Part shown: one piece after another, positions 51,653-64,000 of the stretch
Layout of the letters: each line of letters begins with the position of its first letter
Position numbering within the stretch: position 1 is the first letter of the stretch
Assembly (NCBI GenBank): GCA_002633005.1
Contig: NMRA01000292.1
Location: 209,328 to 273,327, forward strand
Source: Phoronis australis
Lineage: Eukaryota; Animalia; Phoronida
Reading direction: 5' to 3'
Length of the DNA stretch: 64,000 bases
Position numbers and translations under genes: made by a program
The notes under the pieces: model-generated
What the model was told of the DNA's origin: nothing
Database searches by the model: none
Seen by the model: only the letters and a program-made list of their open reading frames with translations

Positions 51653-54600
51653 TCAAGGGACAGTACAACAAAACAAAAGTTCTAATTTTTGAAAATTTGT
51701 GTTCTAAATAGAAAAAGCTTTAGAATGAATAAAAAAAGGCCAGGATGTACAGCACAAAGTCTCCGCTAAATTTCACACATTTTGGACAAAACAATTGCCA
51801 ATATGGCCATTTATCAGTTTTGAAGGAAGTCTAACGTAGTTATGAATGTCTACAATTTCTCATAACGATGTGCGATGGTATATGTCACTATACTATGATA
51901 CAGAAATTGAACATAGAACCCATTAATTTAGTCCTATACAACTTTCCTGTAAATGAGAAAATAAAACTCCACTGGTCTACAAGTTCAAACTTCACAACTA
52001 AAAAATACCAAATCAACTAACTAAGGAGAAAAGCTATCAAAACCAGTGCAAATTTCCAGCCAAGTCATTTCTGACAATGGAAGTTTTCACAGAAAGCTTC
52101 TGTACGTCAACTATTCTTAAGAGTCCTGTCACTAGTAGCAGGAAAACTTAACTAAGAGCTCTGATTATAATGAATTATCTTGTGCTGATCTCAAATCTGA
52201 CATGTTCAAGTGTGTTTGCCTTGCTCCATGAAAATGTGGCAGATATAGCAGATATGTTTACACACACTACAAAGTCTAGCATATTGAGGGTAAATCCAAA
52301 GTCAGTAGTTCTGTGTGCAAATAAGCCCAGAGATACTGGAGAGTTGTTTTAACTTGTTGTGAAGTCCTAGAGAATCTAGTAGAATATGACTTTGACATGT
52401 GTCAATGTCAAAAGTGTTATAGGATGAAATCCAGGTTAAGAGCATTTCACCCTGGAAAGAAAGACGTAAAACAGAGCAGATGGCCTTTTGCCATAACATT
52501 GATTTTCTTCACCGAATATTTGACATTCTGGATTTCTCTACACATAACATCTCAACTGTTAAATTGAAAAAGGCTCACCACAGAGACACAACTTTTAATG
52601 CCATTCATGCTAAGCCCCATAAATCAAAAAACCTGGCATGATGTCAAAAACTAATGGTATCTGTTCAAAACTTACACACATCACTCAATAAAATCATATT
52701 ATTAAGCTACGTTATTGACAAAAAAGTAATTGCTTTTAAAAAGCTTTAAAATCAAATGTATTGCATATCGTAACATCATCTTTCCAGTGACAAATTCGTG
52801 AAAATAATGAAATTTATTATGCAAAGGCACATCTTGAGACGGGGTGCTTGAGGAACCTACAAAGAAAAGGTATATGGGACACTCAGAAGTGATACTTTTT
52901 CATTACCATTTTCACTGCACAAGGTGACCTTTTCTGACAAAATCCTCTTAAAAAGGTACCTTTTAGACACTAAAAGGGTTCAGTTTAGTAGTTGAAAACT
53001 ACAAGTAGTTCCCTTTTCCAACTACACATATCTACAGATGATTTTGTAATACAGTTTTGTAAAAATTGGGCTGCAAAATATGCACTCATTTTTGATAATA
53101 TGACAAATGTAGAGGGGTCAAACATTCAGCAGTCCAAGAATCCCAACCAAAACGTTTGTTCTATGGCACAACACGATGGCGTTTCTATCACAAACCCCAT
53201 GAAAGTGTAACTTTTATATGGGAGCTCCTAAACATGGGTCACTCTCTAGGTGGGTATCCTAGTTGATTTAGCAGGTGTAACCCCATCAAAATATAGCCAA
53301 GTCCCCCCCTCCCACTATAATGAAAAGCTACCCATAAATTCAGCCCATTCCACCACAAGCTCACCACCAAAATCCTGTATTCTCCCAAGTGACATTTTCA
53401 ATGTCCATTTGAAAGTACAGCAATTTAATCTAGTACTGTTGCTTATTCATTACATGGTATAACATTGACTGATAACTCACAATGGCATGCATAATAGCCA
53501 TCAGAGGTGCTCCAAGCTCTCACCTTGGCCAAATAATCAATACTAGCTTTGAGACATTGATACTCCATGATTTTGTCAGCAGGACTTCGCCAGAGTATGA
53601 ATATATATATTTAGACTCTTGAAGTCTGTGTTGGATCAATACTGCCAATCATATGAGATGGCTAATGAAAAGTAATGATAATTTCAAAGGAAACTTCGTG
53701 ATGGCCACACTCGGATTTTCTTTATTAAAAATTCATTTACTTCAGACAGCGATTTAAAGAGATGTAATAATAGAACAATTACTGTTCAACGACGACGTTT
53801 ATAATTATCAAAGTTGCTATAAACCCTTGTACTACTACAAAATTTTCCTTCATGCCTCGCAAATCTTGTGACAAATCTCCCGCTTTTCGACAGACAATAT
53901 CATTGTCCTGGCTACAAACCTGGTGAACAGAACTCCGCACTCGCGTGAAGTGGGAAGATAAGTTAGGACAGTCGAGCAAAATCGTCTGGACCACACCTTT
54001 CGTATTACACATAGGTAATTGGACCAATTTTGATATGCTCTCTAGGCCAGTCTTTTCGAGTGTACTAACTGTAGTGCTATACCAAATTTAGACCTGTCTA
54101 AATCAACTTCCGCATTGGGTCTAAAATGCTTGTGGTCGAGAAAGAATGTTAGTCCACCATATAAAATCCGTAATGTGAAAGGACCCTCTTCCATCGTCAC
54201 CGGTTTATGTTTTGACTTCTGAAAATGAGAAGATAGGGTGCAATTTATCTCACAAACGGGTGACAAATGTTGTCACCATGATATCAATTTGTTCCATGTC
54301 ATTTCTCTTTACACAGGTTTTCGGTGTTAACTAGTGTCATGATATGATAACAGATTGATCAATATTGACAAAAACATAGTGGGGTCTAAGTGGAAAAAAA
54401 GATGCCAGTGACAAGAACAAGTCACTGACATCTTTCAATTTACATTGGGCATTTTTTGCACATTCTGGAAAGTTTAACAAACTAAACAAAATGAGAAAAC
54501 ACATAGTTGTGTTACTTTGCACACTTACTATGACTACACTGCAATTTATATTTGGTGCAAATCATGACAATGTGGCTAAGTGGTCAACAAATTCTTTGGA

Positions 54601-54673
54601 TCCTTCACTGAGTCTCCATAAGCTTTATGTATTTTTAAACAGCATTTGATAATGTGTAATCACGTTTGTAAAT

Positions 54674-54802
54674 AGAATATAAATCGGTAAATAAAACAAC
54701 AAGAATGGATCAACTGAAATTTGACATTTTCGGATGTAACAACCGAAAATTTCAAATTTCAGTTGATCCATTCTTGTTGTTTTATTTACCGATTTATATT
54801 CT
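54674..54802. repeat. Near-perfect 129-bp palindrome (64-bp arms, 2 mismatches, 1-nt centre)
   Basis: agaatataaatcggtaaataaaacaacaagaatggatcaactgaaatttga... is followed directly by its reverse complement. Confidence 0.95.
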
Positions 54803-57800
54803 TCATTTCATGAAACAATAGTATCCTTGGGAGGATCTGGATCGCCTTATTTAGTTTCAGATATATTTTCTACGTTGTAAATAGAAGGAATCACTACTAC
54901 ATAAAAAACAGCACAAAATAAGCTATAGCCTCATTAACCTCTAGATCCCCACTTAAGTTGTGACAAAATAATTAGACCGCTTAACGAGATCATGCCTGGA
55001 AAACGAATCCTGCCACATAAAAACATGGTCACAACTTCCTTCTCTGCTTAGTGTTAGTAACAAAACCACAGAAACAAAATAAACTCAACACCTTGTCAGA
55101 GTTGTTAATGAGAAAAACAGTGTAAGATTTTACCACATGGGTAAAATGTAAAGGCACATTACTGGCACAGACCTACAGGGTATACAAAAATCTTGTACAA
55201 TCGGTGAGAAATGTACCCATGCAGGTATAAAGCCACAAGCAAAATATACTAGGGTAACTTTATGGTGACCAATGTCCCCATGAAGGGGTGCCATTTTGTG
55301 ATGAAATACCCTATGAAAGGATGCCTTTTCCGAATTACCAGTTATGAACCAGTTAACCATATCATACCATTCCATCTTCCGCTAAATTTTGGATCCATAC
55401 CTGCCAATTTCAATTTGAGTGGTAACTGAGGACGCAACTGAAGCAACTCAACAGTGATAAAATGGCGGCAACAGGCAAGCGGACTACAGACTCTTAAAAA
55501 AGTTGCCATCAAAATACAATTTGTTAAGTTTCTCTTGCGTAAATACGGTATACAAGAATCAACATTTTAAAATATCTAACATAAGATGCATTATTACCTA
55601 TATAACTGTACCTCTCAAATATAACACAGCTTTTGAAAGTGTCCAGTCAAGTGACTTGTAACTCTGGTAATCCCTGTTATGATGCATGTAACACAACAAA
55701 CTTGCTTGAGTTTTCTTTAGAAAAAATGATAAAGTATATAATATTTGAGCATGTAAATACAAAAAACAAATTACTTCCCATACAAATTCAATAACCTCAG
55801 GATCCTCGACACCTCACTTTTGAGGATGAATATTGGCCCCATTCCCCAATAAAAATAATGATAAAAATATGAAATTTACCTCAGACCCCAAAATTCCCCT
55901 CCAAGGATTAAACTATTTTCTCTCTAGGTAAGAACCCAGATATACAAAATGTTAGTTTTGACTACTTGAGGCATTGCCGATGAGGGGNNNNNNGGGGGGT
56001 GACTGGGGGTGTAGAAAATTCTCCTCAACCAAACTATTCTCCTCTCAGAAGCTACAGGCACATTTCCCCTCGGGTGAATGAGGGTCCTGAACCTCCATGT
56101 GCGGATCATGTTACTGGTTTCACGGTCATGCAATATGAAACAAAAAAAGAAACGGGTCACTGTCATCAAAGTAAATTCCTCATGTCAAATGACATTGTAT
56201 GGAGGTCGCAAAGCCATTGTTTAACTTCCCAGATCCATGGGTGTTGCCTCCTGTGTTGTTTTCATCACTTTTTATTGTTTCAGGTATCCACTATTAATGG
56301 GAAGTATGCTGTTGTATTGGTACCCACTGAATCTGCAGACCCTTGGTATTGTATTGGATTTGTAGTGATTAAATCTGCAGAACCCTGCTGGCTTTGTTTG
56401 CAGGCTGACCACCAAACCCAGCAGGTTGCATAGTATAACTCTCAATCATTCCTCTGACATCATCTCAAAATTCAGACAGACTTACAGTACAAGCCAAAAG
56501 TATGGAGACCCGAAATTGCACATCATGACAGCTGAGTAGAAGAGGAATTCATTGTTGGAGTAATCTTTCTTCATGGCAGAAAATGAAGAGGAGATAACGA
56601 TAAAGCTAGTAAGGTTAGTTGGCTAAACTATTGTGCAATTAGAATTTTGCCACCCTAGTAGTTATCATCAGTTATTTTCGCTCCAGACAGAATTAGCTGT
56701 CACGATGGGGTGACAGAATTTTGTCCGATTACTTGCGTCTTATACTGTATATAGAACAGACCTCCCTGAAGAAGTCTAATGGACTGGTGGTATATATGAA
56801 TATTTTGCTGTCATTCAAAACAAATCATTTGGAGTCCGAACATATTGCATGCACCTCTGTCAGGGGCTCCTCCATTGGAAGGGTTGATGGAACAATGTCT
56901 CTAACTTTTAGTTAAAGTCTAGTATATGTAATCTGACTTTTTGCTATTGCCACTAAGGCCTACCCAATAGTTGTCATTCACAAAGCACAAATATAGCAGA
57001 CTTTAAGAATGACAATACTTCAATGATTCAGTTATTATTCAATTATTCAGCAAAGTTTGCAGTCGACAAGAAAAATTTTAGTTCATCAAATTTCGCATTA
57101 AAAATAATTAGTAAGGAAATTATAGTACGGTACATTGTCATAAAACAACATTTCGTTAAGTTTTCATAATTCGTAAGCGAAGCAATCAGTCATTATCTGC
57201 AATTATTTTAGTGCAAAACAAATTAGTGAAGAATAACCACACTCACCTTTTGGCAGACCCAGTAGCTTGAGTGGGCCAATGCCAATAACCTATCACACAC
57301 ATCTTCTGGCAGATCCAGTAGTCTGAGTCGGCCAGTGCCAATCACCCATCACCTTCCAAGTTGTCTACAGATGGTTAGTGATTATGGTAGTACCTTGGGC
57401 TGGCTAGTGTCCAGCTTTCTTTCTAGCTACTAATTAGTTTGTTTAGAGCCGCACACATCGATAATTAATTGTAGGTCAAGCCATAACCATCAACCTCAAC
57501 TTAGAATTTAAATTTAGTTTGCGTCGGCAAGTCTAGCAGCGGATTCTCTTTGGCATCTGTAATCACGAATTTGTCATGATAAAAAACCTCTACAGGAAGA
57601 GTGGTTTTTAAAAATGACACTGCATGTGGCTTTGCAGTGATTTCTGAGTTAGGAAGGAAGTTCAGATGTATGCTGGTATATTTCAAGTACGTTCTGCCTA
57701 AATGAACTCTGTCACACTTTTGCGTACATCAATTTAGTCCTCACCAGTTCCTTATAAAAATCAGGAGCCATAAACTAAAAATTTTTAGATTCGACTTACA

Positions 57801-59189
57801 CGCGATACACATTCACCGCACCAATTGCGTATGAGGTGAGCATGATTTGCGTGGCAAGTGCGTGGACTGTTTCTCACTGCGAACAGCTGCGTATGCGTAA
57901 GCAACCCGCATTGCTAACGCACCCAACTTATCCGGAGGACTGCATGGCTTATCCAATAAGTCTTGGCATTCACTACCAATTAGTTCAGCCTATTGCTGAA
58001 TCTACAAGATGCATACTTCCACTGTACACCTTATTCACGCAGTCATCACTTCAGTAGTGAACCTCTTTTTAGGTTTTAAAAACAATGGATTCTGTGCTTA
58101 ATCACAGCGCAAAGCTTGATTTTTTGGTCTGCCTCGTTATATTCATGTCCCAAATTCATTGTTTTTTTAAACCTAAAAAGAGACTCACTATTAAAATGGC
58201 AACTGTGTAAACAAGATGTATAGCTCCAGCTCAGGGAAATTAGTGAATGAAGCATTTAATTATCCTCCATTCATGAATCCTGAGGAGAGAATTCCTCCCA
58301 CCACCATCACCACTTACTCCACCCCTGGTTGTCACTCTTCATCGGCAATGCCTCAAGTAGTCATGCAGAAGCGATTCTAACCTGAAGGACAATTTTTCAA
58401 TTATCCGACGAGAATTTTTGGGCCTGACGAGGTGAATTTTGATTGATTTTTAAATACTTTTCATAGGGGAAAGGGGACAAATATCTGCCACAAAATCCAG
58501 GCATTGATGGCTCTGGCAATCTAACATTTTTCACTTGCCATGCATCGCAATTTCTCGCAAAGACTAACAACACGACACGTGATCTCACCAAAGAATGCAG
58601 TCCAGGTCACTATATGTTAAAGTTGATTACAAAGTCAGTAGCCACTCATTTTTTCCTTACTTTTCACCACACACATGCATACTTAGATAAGGTTGGTGTT
58701 AAAATAAGTTCAACTTTGTAGTAGCATCTCAAACTTGAAATAGTTTAACATGGATGTTATAACGCGATACCTCAAGTGTTTAAGTATATGACACTGGTCA
58801 AGAGTATTTTAAGAAGTGGGGAACCAATACCAAGTAATACAACCTGAAGTTTCCGGCAGTACAAGGGTGTCATTCAAAACGCCAACAGCAAAACGGTAAT
58901 CTACATGGAGACGAAATGCACTCAATGTACTCTTTGTTTAGTTATCACCAGTTTGAAGCATAGAATATTATAGGGTTGTTCAATTGAGTGACAGTAAGGG
59001 TTTGCAGATGACAGCACCAAGTATAAATTAATTTGCGTTTTCTAGTACATAACAGATTTTCTAACATTAGAAGAGTGATGTTTAGCACCATTCACTTCAG
59101 CAGACATTTTGGTGGCGCATCGTCAGAAATTTGAATAATTAATGTTCAGTACATAATTAACACGTAATTATGCATAGCTAGGCAACAGC

Positions 59190-59275
59190 TACAGGAGACC
59201 TGCATTCTGAGAACCAGTTTGATGCTGTTCATTATTCAGAGGAGAAAACTGGTTCTCAAAATGGGTGATCCTACC
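59190..59275. mobile_element. MITE family A copy
   Basis: tacaggagacctgcattctgagaaccagtttgatgc...gagaaaactggttctcaaaatg. Confidence 0.65.
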
Positions 59276-60937
59276 GGTACTACCCATCGCTAGGCAAATC
59301 GTGGCGTTTCAAACCTTGTTACCATAACCTAGCTTAAGTGAATCTGCCTTTTTCGAGCTTCCCAAAAATACACAAAACCTGGGTTGAAAATGAAACAGGC
59401 CAGCGGTCTTTTTTAGTCAGTTAGAGCAGGTTTCAAAATGCATCAGGGTAAAGACCAGAAGCAACTTTGCTGCTTTTACTGTAACATCCCTTTAATTACT
59501 GTTTATTTAGAAAAGTAATTGATGCCTTGCTGAAAGAAAATAAATTTGGGAATAATGCTAGACTAAATGTAAAGCTTTGTTTAATGAATTGGGAAGAGTT
59601 TTTTTGATACAAGTTTAGAGTCATCCTACTGCAGCTGAAAATCTGATGTTAGTTACCCATGCCAAATGATGACTTATGGAGGTCACAAGGTATTGTTTAA
59701 TTTTCAAGATCCATGCAACAGGAGTATGCCCGTTGCATGGTTATTGCTTTCCATTGTTTTCCTTAGTTGTGAGTTTGTTGGACATAACAATACAGGTATC
59801 GTACCTTGGGCGCACAGCAGCCCGTAACCCATAAATGCTTGCCGTCATCTTTATTTTAAGAAAAACAAAGTGAACAATGGATACGCCTATCATTCGATAT
59901 CTATGCGACGAGCTTGCGACCTAGTTCCCCGTGGGTAGTAAGAAAATGATCAGGTCAAGATCTCATTCGAAAACATATTGCTTCTTTGTCAATTACGTCA
60001 GCACTCAGCAGTCATGAGAGACATTTGAGTCCAGCTACAATCCTAGGTGAGTGGATGCCACATCATAAGGCCTGCTGTGAAGCATCAGGGTAAAATGCAA
60101 AGATTTTTAACCATAACAGTTTATTGACACTAATGTCATATGCAAATGAAGGAGGGTATGATTATTTGACATACCACACGCACGTACACACGCACACATC
60201 AACGCAACAGACACTAGCGCAAGCAAAACCACACATTAGCTAATCATCAGAGAACCAGGAGACACACAGGACCATCTTCCACTGAATTTTCGTATTCATG
60301 TTTCCGACATAAATTAAGCTGTGAAGTCAGTCGAACCTTTCAGACTGGTTTTGGGAGACAACGATGTGTCGGTCATCAAAGTTATTGCAAGATGGTGCTT
60401 CGAAAAAAGTTATGCAAGCGTAATTTTTTAAATTTTGAAGTACATATATGATTGGATAATACATAAATGAAATGACATGCTTACAATGGTGGAACGGATA
60501 ATATTTGGAAAAAATATCAAATTATATCACAACACGAGTGCCGTTATTGACAGCAACACCAGCTGAAAACTCAGATGACAACTTAACCATTTGTACCCAC
60601 CGAAGCTTCCGCAGTCAGCTGTTACATCCACCTGATTACTGCAAAGTTAATTTAGGTTGTTAACTTTGATCCAGGACTGAAGTAAACTGTTTGTACCAAT
60701 GTTTCACCTTCACTTATCTGCCACCAAAATGATTGCAACAGTTGGCGCTTGTCTGCCACATTGACTGCTTAATAGGAGAAGAATAAAGTACAAATATGTC
60801 ACTTAGGAACTAGCAATATAGTAGATCCCAGATGCCACCTTTGACCTACAATTCAGCAAAATTTCCAGGGTCTAATGAAAATAAGAGTAGTTTACTTTAA
60901 AAACAGGAAACAAATAGACTGACTGTACTCAAAAATA

Positions 60938-61110
60938 TAGCCAGAAACATTCAGTCAAGCCACAGAGAGGAGACAGTCCATAGATAACTTAAAATAGCAT
61001 AACTTACAGCCAGAAATATACAGTAGTCAAACCATAGAGAGGAGACAGTCCATAGGTAACTTAAAATAGCATAACTTACAGACAGAAATATACAGTAGTC
61101 AAACCACAGA
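60938..61110. repeat. 72-bp tandem duplication (about 2.4 units)
   Basis: cca.agagaggagacagtccatag.taacttaaaatagcataacttacag at 60960 and 61032. Confidence 0.85.
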
Positions 61111-62551
61111 AATGAGCTACACAGATGTTAGTGAATTACAGGCTGTAGTCAGGTGTCACACCTGTGTAGATGTACACCTGTCAATAAACAGCAGTACTAA
61201 TGAACAACACCACACCAATGAGTTCCAACACAATATTGCTGACAAGTCAAATTTTATTTTATGATCTTTTCATATACTTGGCACCAAAATAACACATTTC
61301 CATGTTCTGTACCATAGCTACCACCAGGAGTTTTGAAACAAACATAGCCATTCACAAAGATGAAAACCGGATAGTGAACCAACAAAATTTTGGGACTCTA
61401 TAAAACTGTAGGTCGACTAATAAAACACAAAAGAATTTGCCTCAGGTATCAATTTTTCAAAGTTAAAAAATCAGGCATTTCCTGGATTGTGACCATTGGC
61501 TGCTCAAAACTGAACAAACTGAGTTAGAAGGCCCAAACATTTGGTTCAAGGTTTTCACCCTCATAAGGACTATAAATGGGTAGCTCATGAGAGCATGTGG
61601 GACTTATCAGGAACCAGTGTTTATTGACACAGCATTAGCCCAGATTTGAAGTAACAATACATCTTATCAGAGAAGTCACAGACCATTATAAATCAGTTTT
61701 CCAGGTATACAAACGTTGGCAATGAAATTCACACCTCTCTGTTTTAAAGCAAAACAGAGATTTAATTTATGAGCAATTACTCTTGGGAGCCAACATGTGA
61801 TCAATTCAACAAACAGTGACTTTTCCGCTCATGACATAACGCCAACTACACAGGTGAGTGCAGGTGAAAAGGTAGATTGATTTCTGGTAACAAGACACAT
61901 TCCAATGTCATGCAATTAACAAGTGCGCGCTAATTAACTTAGGTCTGGTACACTTTGATCCTTGACACATGAACTTGATTGGTGTAGGGAAATAAAAGCT
62001 TAGGCTGCTCTTAAACATGTTCTCACTGCTCAGCGATGGGTGAGAAGCATATTTTTTTCAGTCAGGCGTCTTCATTTTTGATGCCACAAATCTTCATATT
62101 CACAAATGAAAACGATTGTTTTACTTCAGATTGACACAGAGCAAAATATTTTGAGTCAATATATTCCACAGTTAGTAGCGCTACGGAGACAAAACAATTT
62201 TGATTGAGCCCTTGTGAAATAGAGGGATGAGAGAAAAATGACCTAATAGACACATATGTAAATGAAATGAAATAAAATTCAGAAATTAATTTCGTCAATA
62301 CACCAACGAGCATCATAACATGATAAGCATTGGACAATAAATTTAGCCGACACTCGTGTCACCTCGACACACGAACTAGGTTAATTTGAAAAATGTCAAC
62401 TTTAATAAACAAATTGTCCAAGGAAAGCACACTGATTACCCTGGTTGACAGCTGATTTACTAAACCGCATACAGATAGAATTTTAATCAAAATATTACTG
62501 AAGTGAGATAAGTAACTTATGGAATGTGTCAACACAGTGAAAGACTTGGCG

Positions 62552-62659
62552 TGTCAAAAAGCAGCAAAATAGACTCTCATTTCCTTGTTTGAATGACTGC
62601 TTCTGTCAAAAAGCAGCAAAATAGACTCTCATTTCCTTGTTTGAATGACTGCTCCTGTC
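62552..62659. repeat. 52-bp near-perfect tandem duplication
   Basis: tgtcaaaaagcagcaaaatagactctcatttccttgtttgaatgactgct at 62552 and 62604. Confidence 0.9.
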
Positions 62660-64000
62660 GTGTGTCACTTCTTCATGAGTAAGGATCCTGCCAAAGATTT
62701 TTTGTATAGGACTTCCTAGACAACCTTTGAAGCCATGCCTAGCTACACACTTCAATTGTTCAACTTCCTATGTGACTTTTAAGCTTGAAAAGTTGCGTCA
62801 AGACACCTGTCAAAAATTGTAGTTGTAGATAGGGCCATACTATAGCTGCGTGTTACACATTGCCTTTCCTTAGTTTTCACCAGCTCTGCGTGAACTCGTG
62901 GTTTTGCTAACTTTTTAACACTAAAATGTACTCATCTACAACATTAACATTTTGGTTTAAATTTTGAGTACCGGTAGTTATAAAAAATGTTCTAAGACTT
63001 CATGCCAACTAAGATCACAGATAACATATTCGAAAAATTTGAGATTTTTTGATAAAATTTCCAGAGGAGGTGTGCTTCTCTTCCTATGCTCATCTTAGCT
63101 TCCGCTTAATGAGCAGACGCCGTACGGTATTTGCCGGAAGTAAAATGTGACAATACTCCAGGTGGCGCTAGTGTATAGTGAACTCACAGCCAACAATGTT
63201 GGTCGCCGCTTGTGTGCAGGATCACAGACTTTGTGCACAGCGAATATACACAGTTGGAGTTCCACAAACTATAGTCCAATCCATAGGTCCCCTCACACTT
63301 AACACAACTCTTGTAGGAGAGGAGTGTTGATGTAATCTGCACATCCAAGTAAATGGTAGGTGATACTACTGTCATCAAATTAATCTCTACAGCAGTGACC
63401 CCTGGTGATAACTTTGATGAGACTGAAATTCACTTTCAACGGGGATGCGCCACTGTTAAATCCACATGTTTACAGCGAAGTTAACTGGGACAAGTAACTT
63501 CGGTCCATGACCAATGTTGAGGGTTTATACTGAGCTAGGAATTCCTGGTACTAAGGGAAACTCCTCAAAACATTAAATACAATGCATTGACATTAGTATG
63601 AAAAGCCTTATTTGATGCCACAGACACATGGTAATACTTTTCGTTGTTATGAACCAGTGATGTGGATAATTTGATCAGTGAATGAATGGTGACTTCTAGT
63701 GACACTGAGTATGAATAATTGTGAATTGATGGGGGTTCACAATAAGCCTGCAGGCAGAGTGTGAAATGCTTGGAGGATCACTTGAACCATATTAGGGGAT
63801 ATTCATGTTCATGGCAACTATGTAAACCTCCATTTAAGACAGGAAATTTAGTTATGTTTAAGATCCCACAAACATAACACATCAGGGTTTATTGATTGGG
63901 GTGAACAAGTACACAAATGGTGAACTTGGAAATGAGTGCTCCAACATGAGATGACAAGTACATTGAAAAATGCATGATATCAACCAAGACTTGCAAGACA

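Noticed and set aside
55459-55469. YY1-like motif AAAATGGCGGC as a promoter
   Set aside because: Isolated motif with no supporting exon or CpG-rich context.
55984-55999. N run inside a G tract (also single Ns at 4731 and 37189)
   Set aside because: Sequencing or assembly uncertainty at homopolymers, not biology.
63188-63336. Signal-peptide exon of the CUB-LDLa gene
   Set aside because: Splice sites are plausible and one frame ends in phase 1, but that frame has an internal TGA and no hydrophobic core. It could still be a UTR exon.
46300-64000. Many short ORFs as nested or additional genes
   Set aside because: No recognisable domains, many non-ATG starts and no consistent exon chain; compatible with intronic or intergenic DNA.

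Overview
Eukaryotic (metazoan) genomic DNA, AT-rich and intron-rich. The repeat content and gene types suggest a lophotrochozoan such as a mollusc, but that is inference. Three protein-coding loci are supported. (1) The last two exons of a JmjC/cupin-like gene on + (1007-1145, 2711-2796). (2) An intronless 1003-aa multiple-cysteine-cluster Toll-like receptor on + (14428-17439). (3) A convergent gene on -, rebuilt here from six phase-consistent exons (46297 down to 27664), encoding a CUB-LDLa-transmembrane protein with a Pro/Tyr-rich tail; its signal-peptide exon was not found. The rest is a decayed Penelope-like RT (about 6.9-8.0 kb), tRNA-derived SINE(s), many MITE/foldback elements (three within 3.3 kb upstream of the TLR), short tandem arrays and a near-perfect 129-bp palindrome. 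No CRISPR array, rRNA or true tRNA is visible. I cannot claim a wholly new system. The best leads are the TLR's unusual features and upstream region, the hidden CUB-LDLa receptor, and the palindromes. Coordinates were read by eye; repeat boundaries are approximate.
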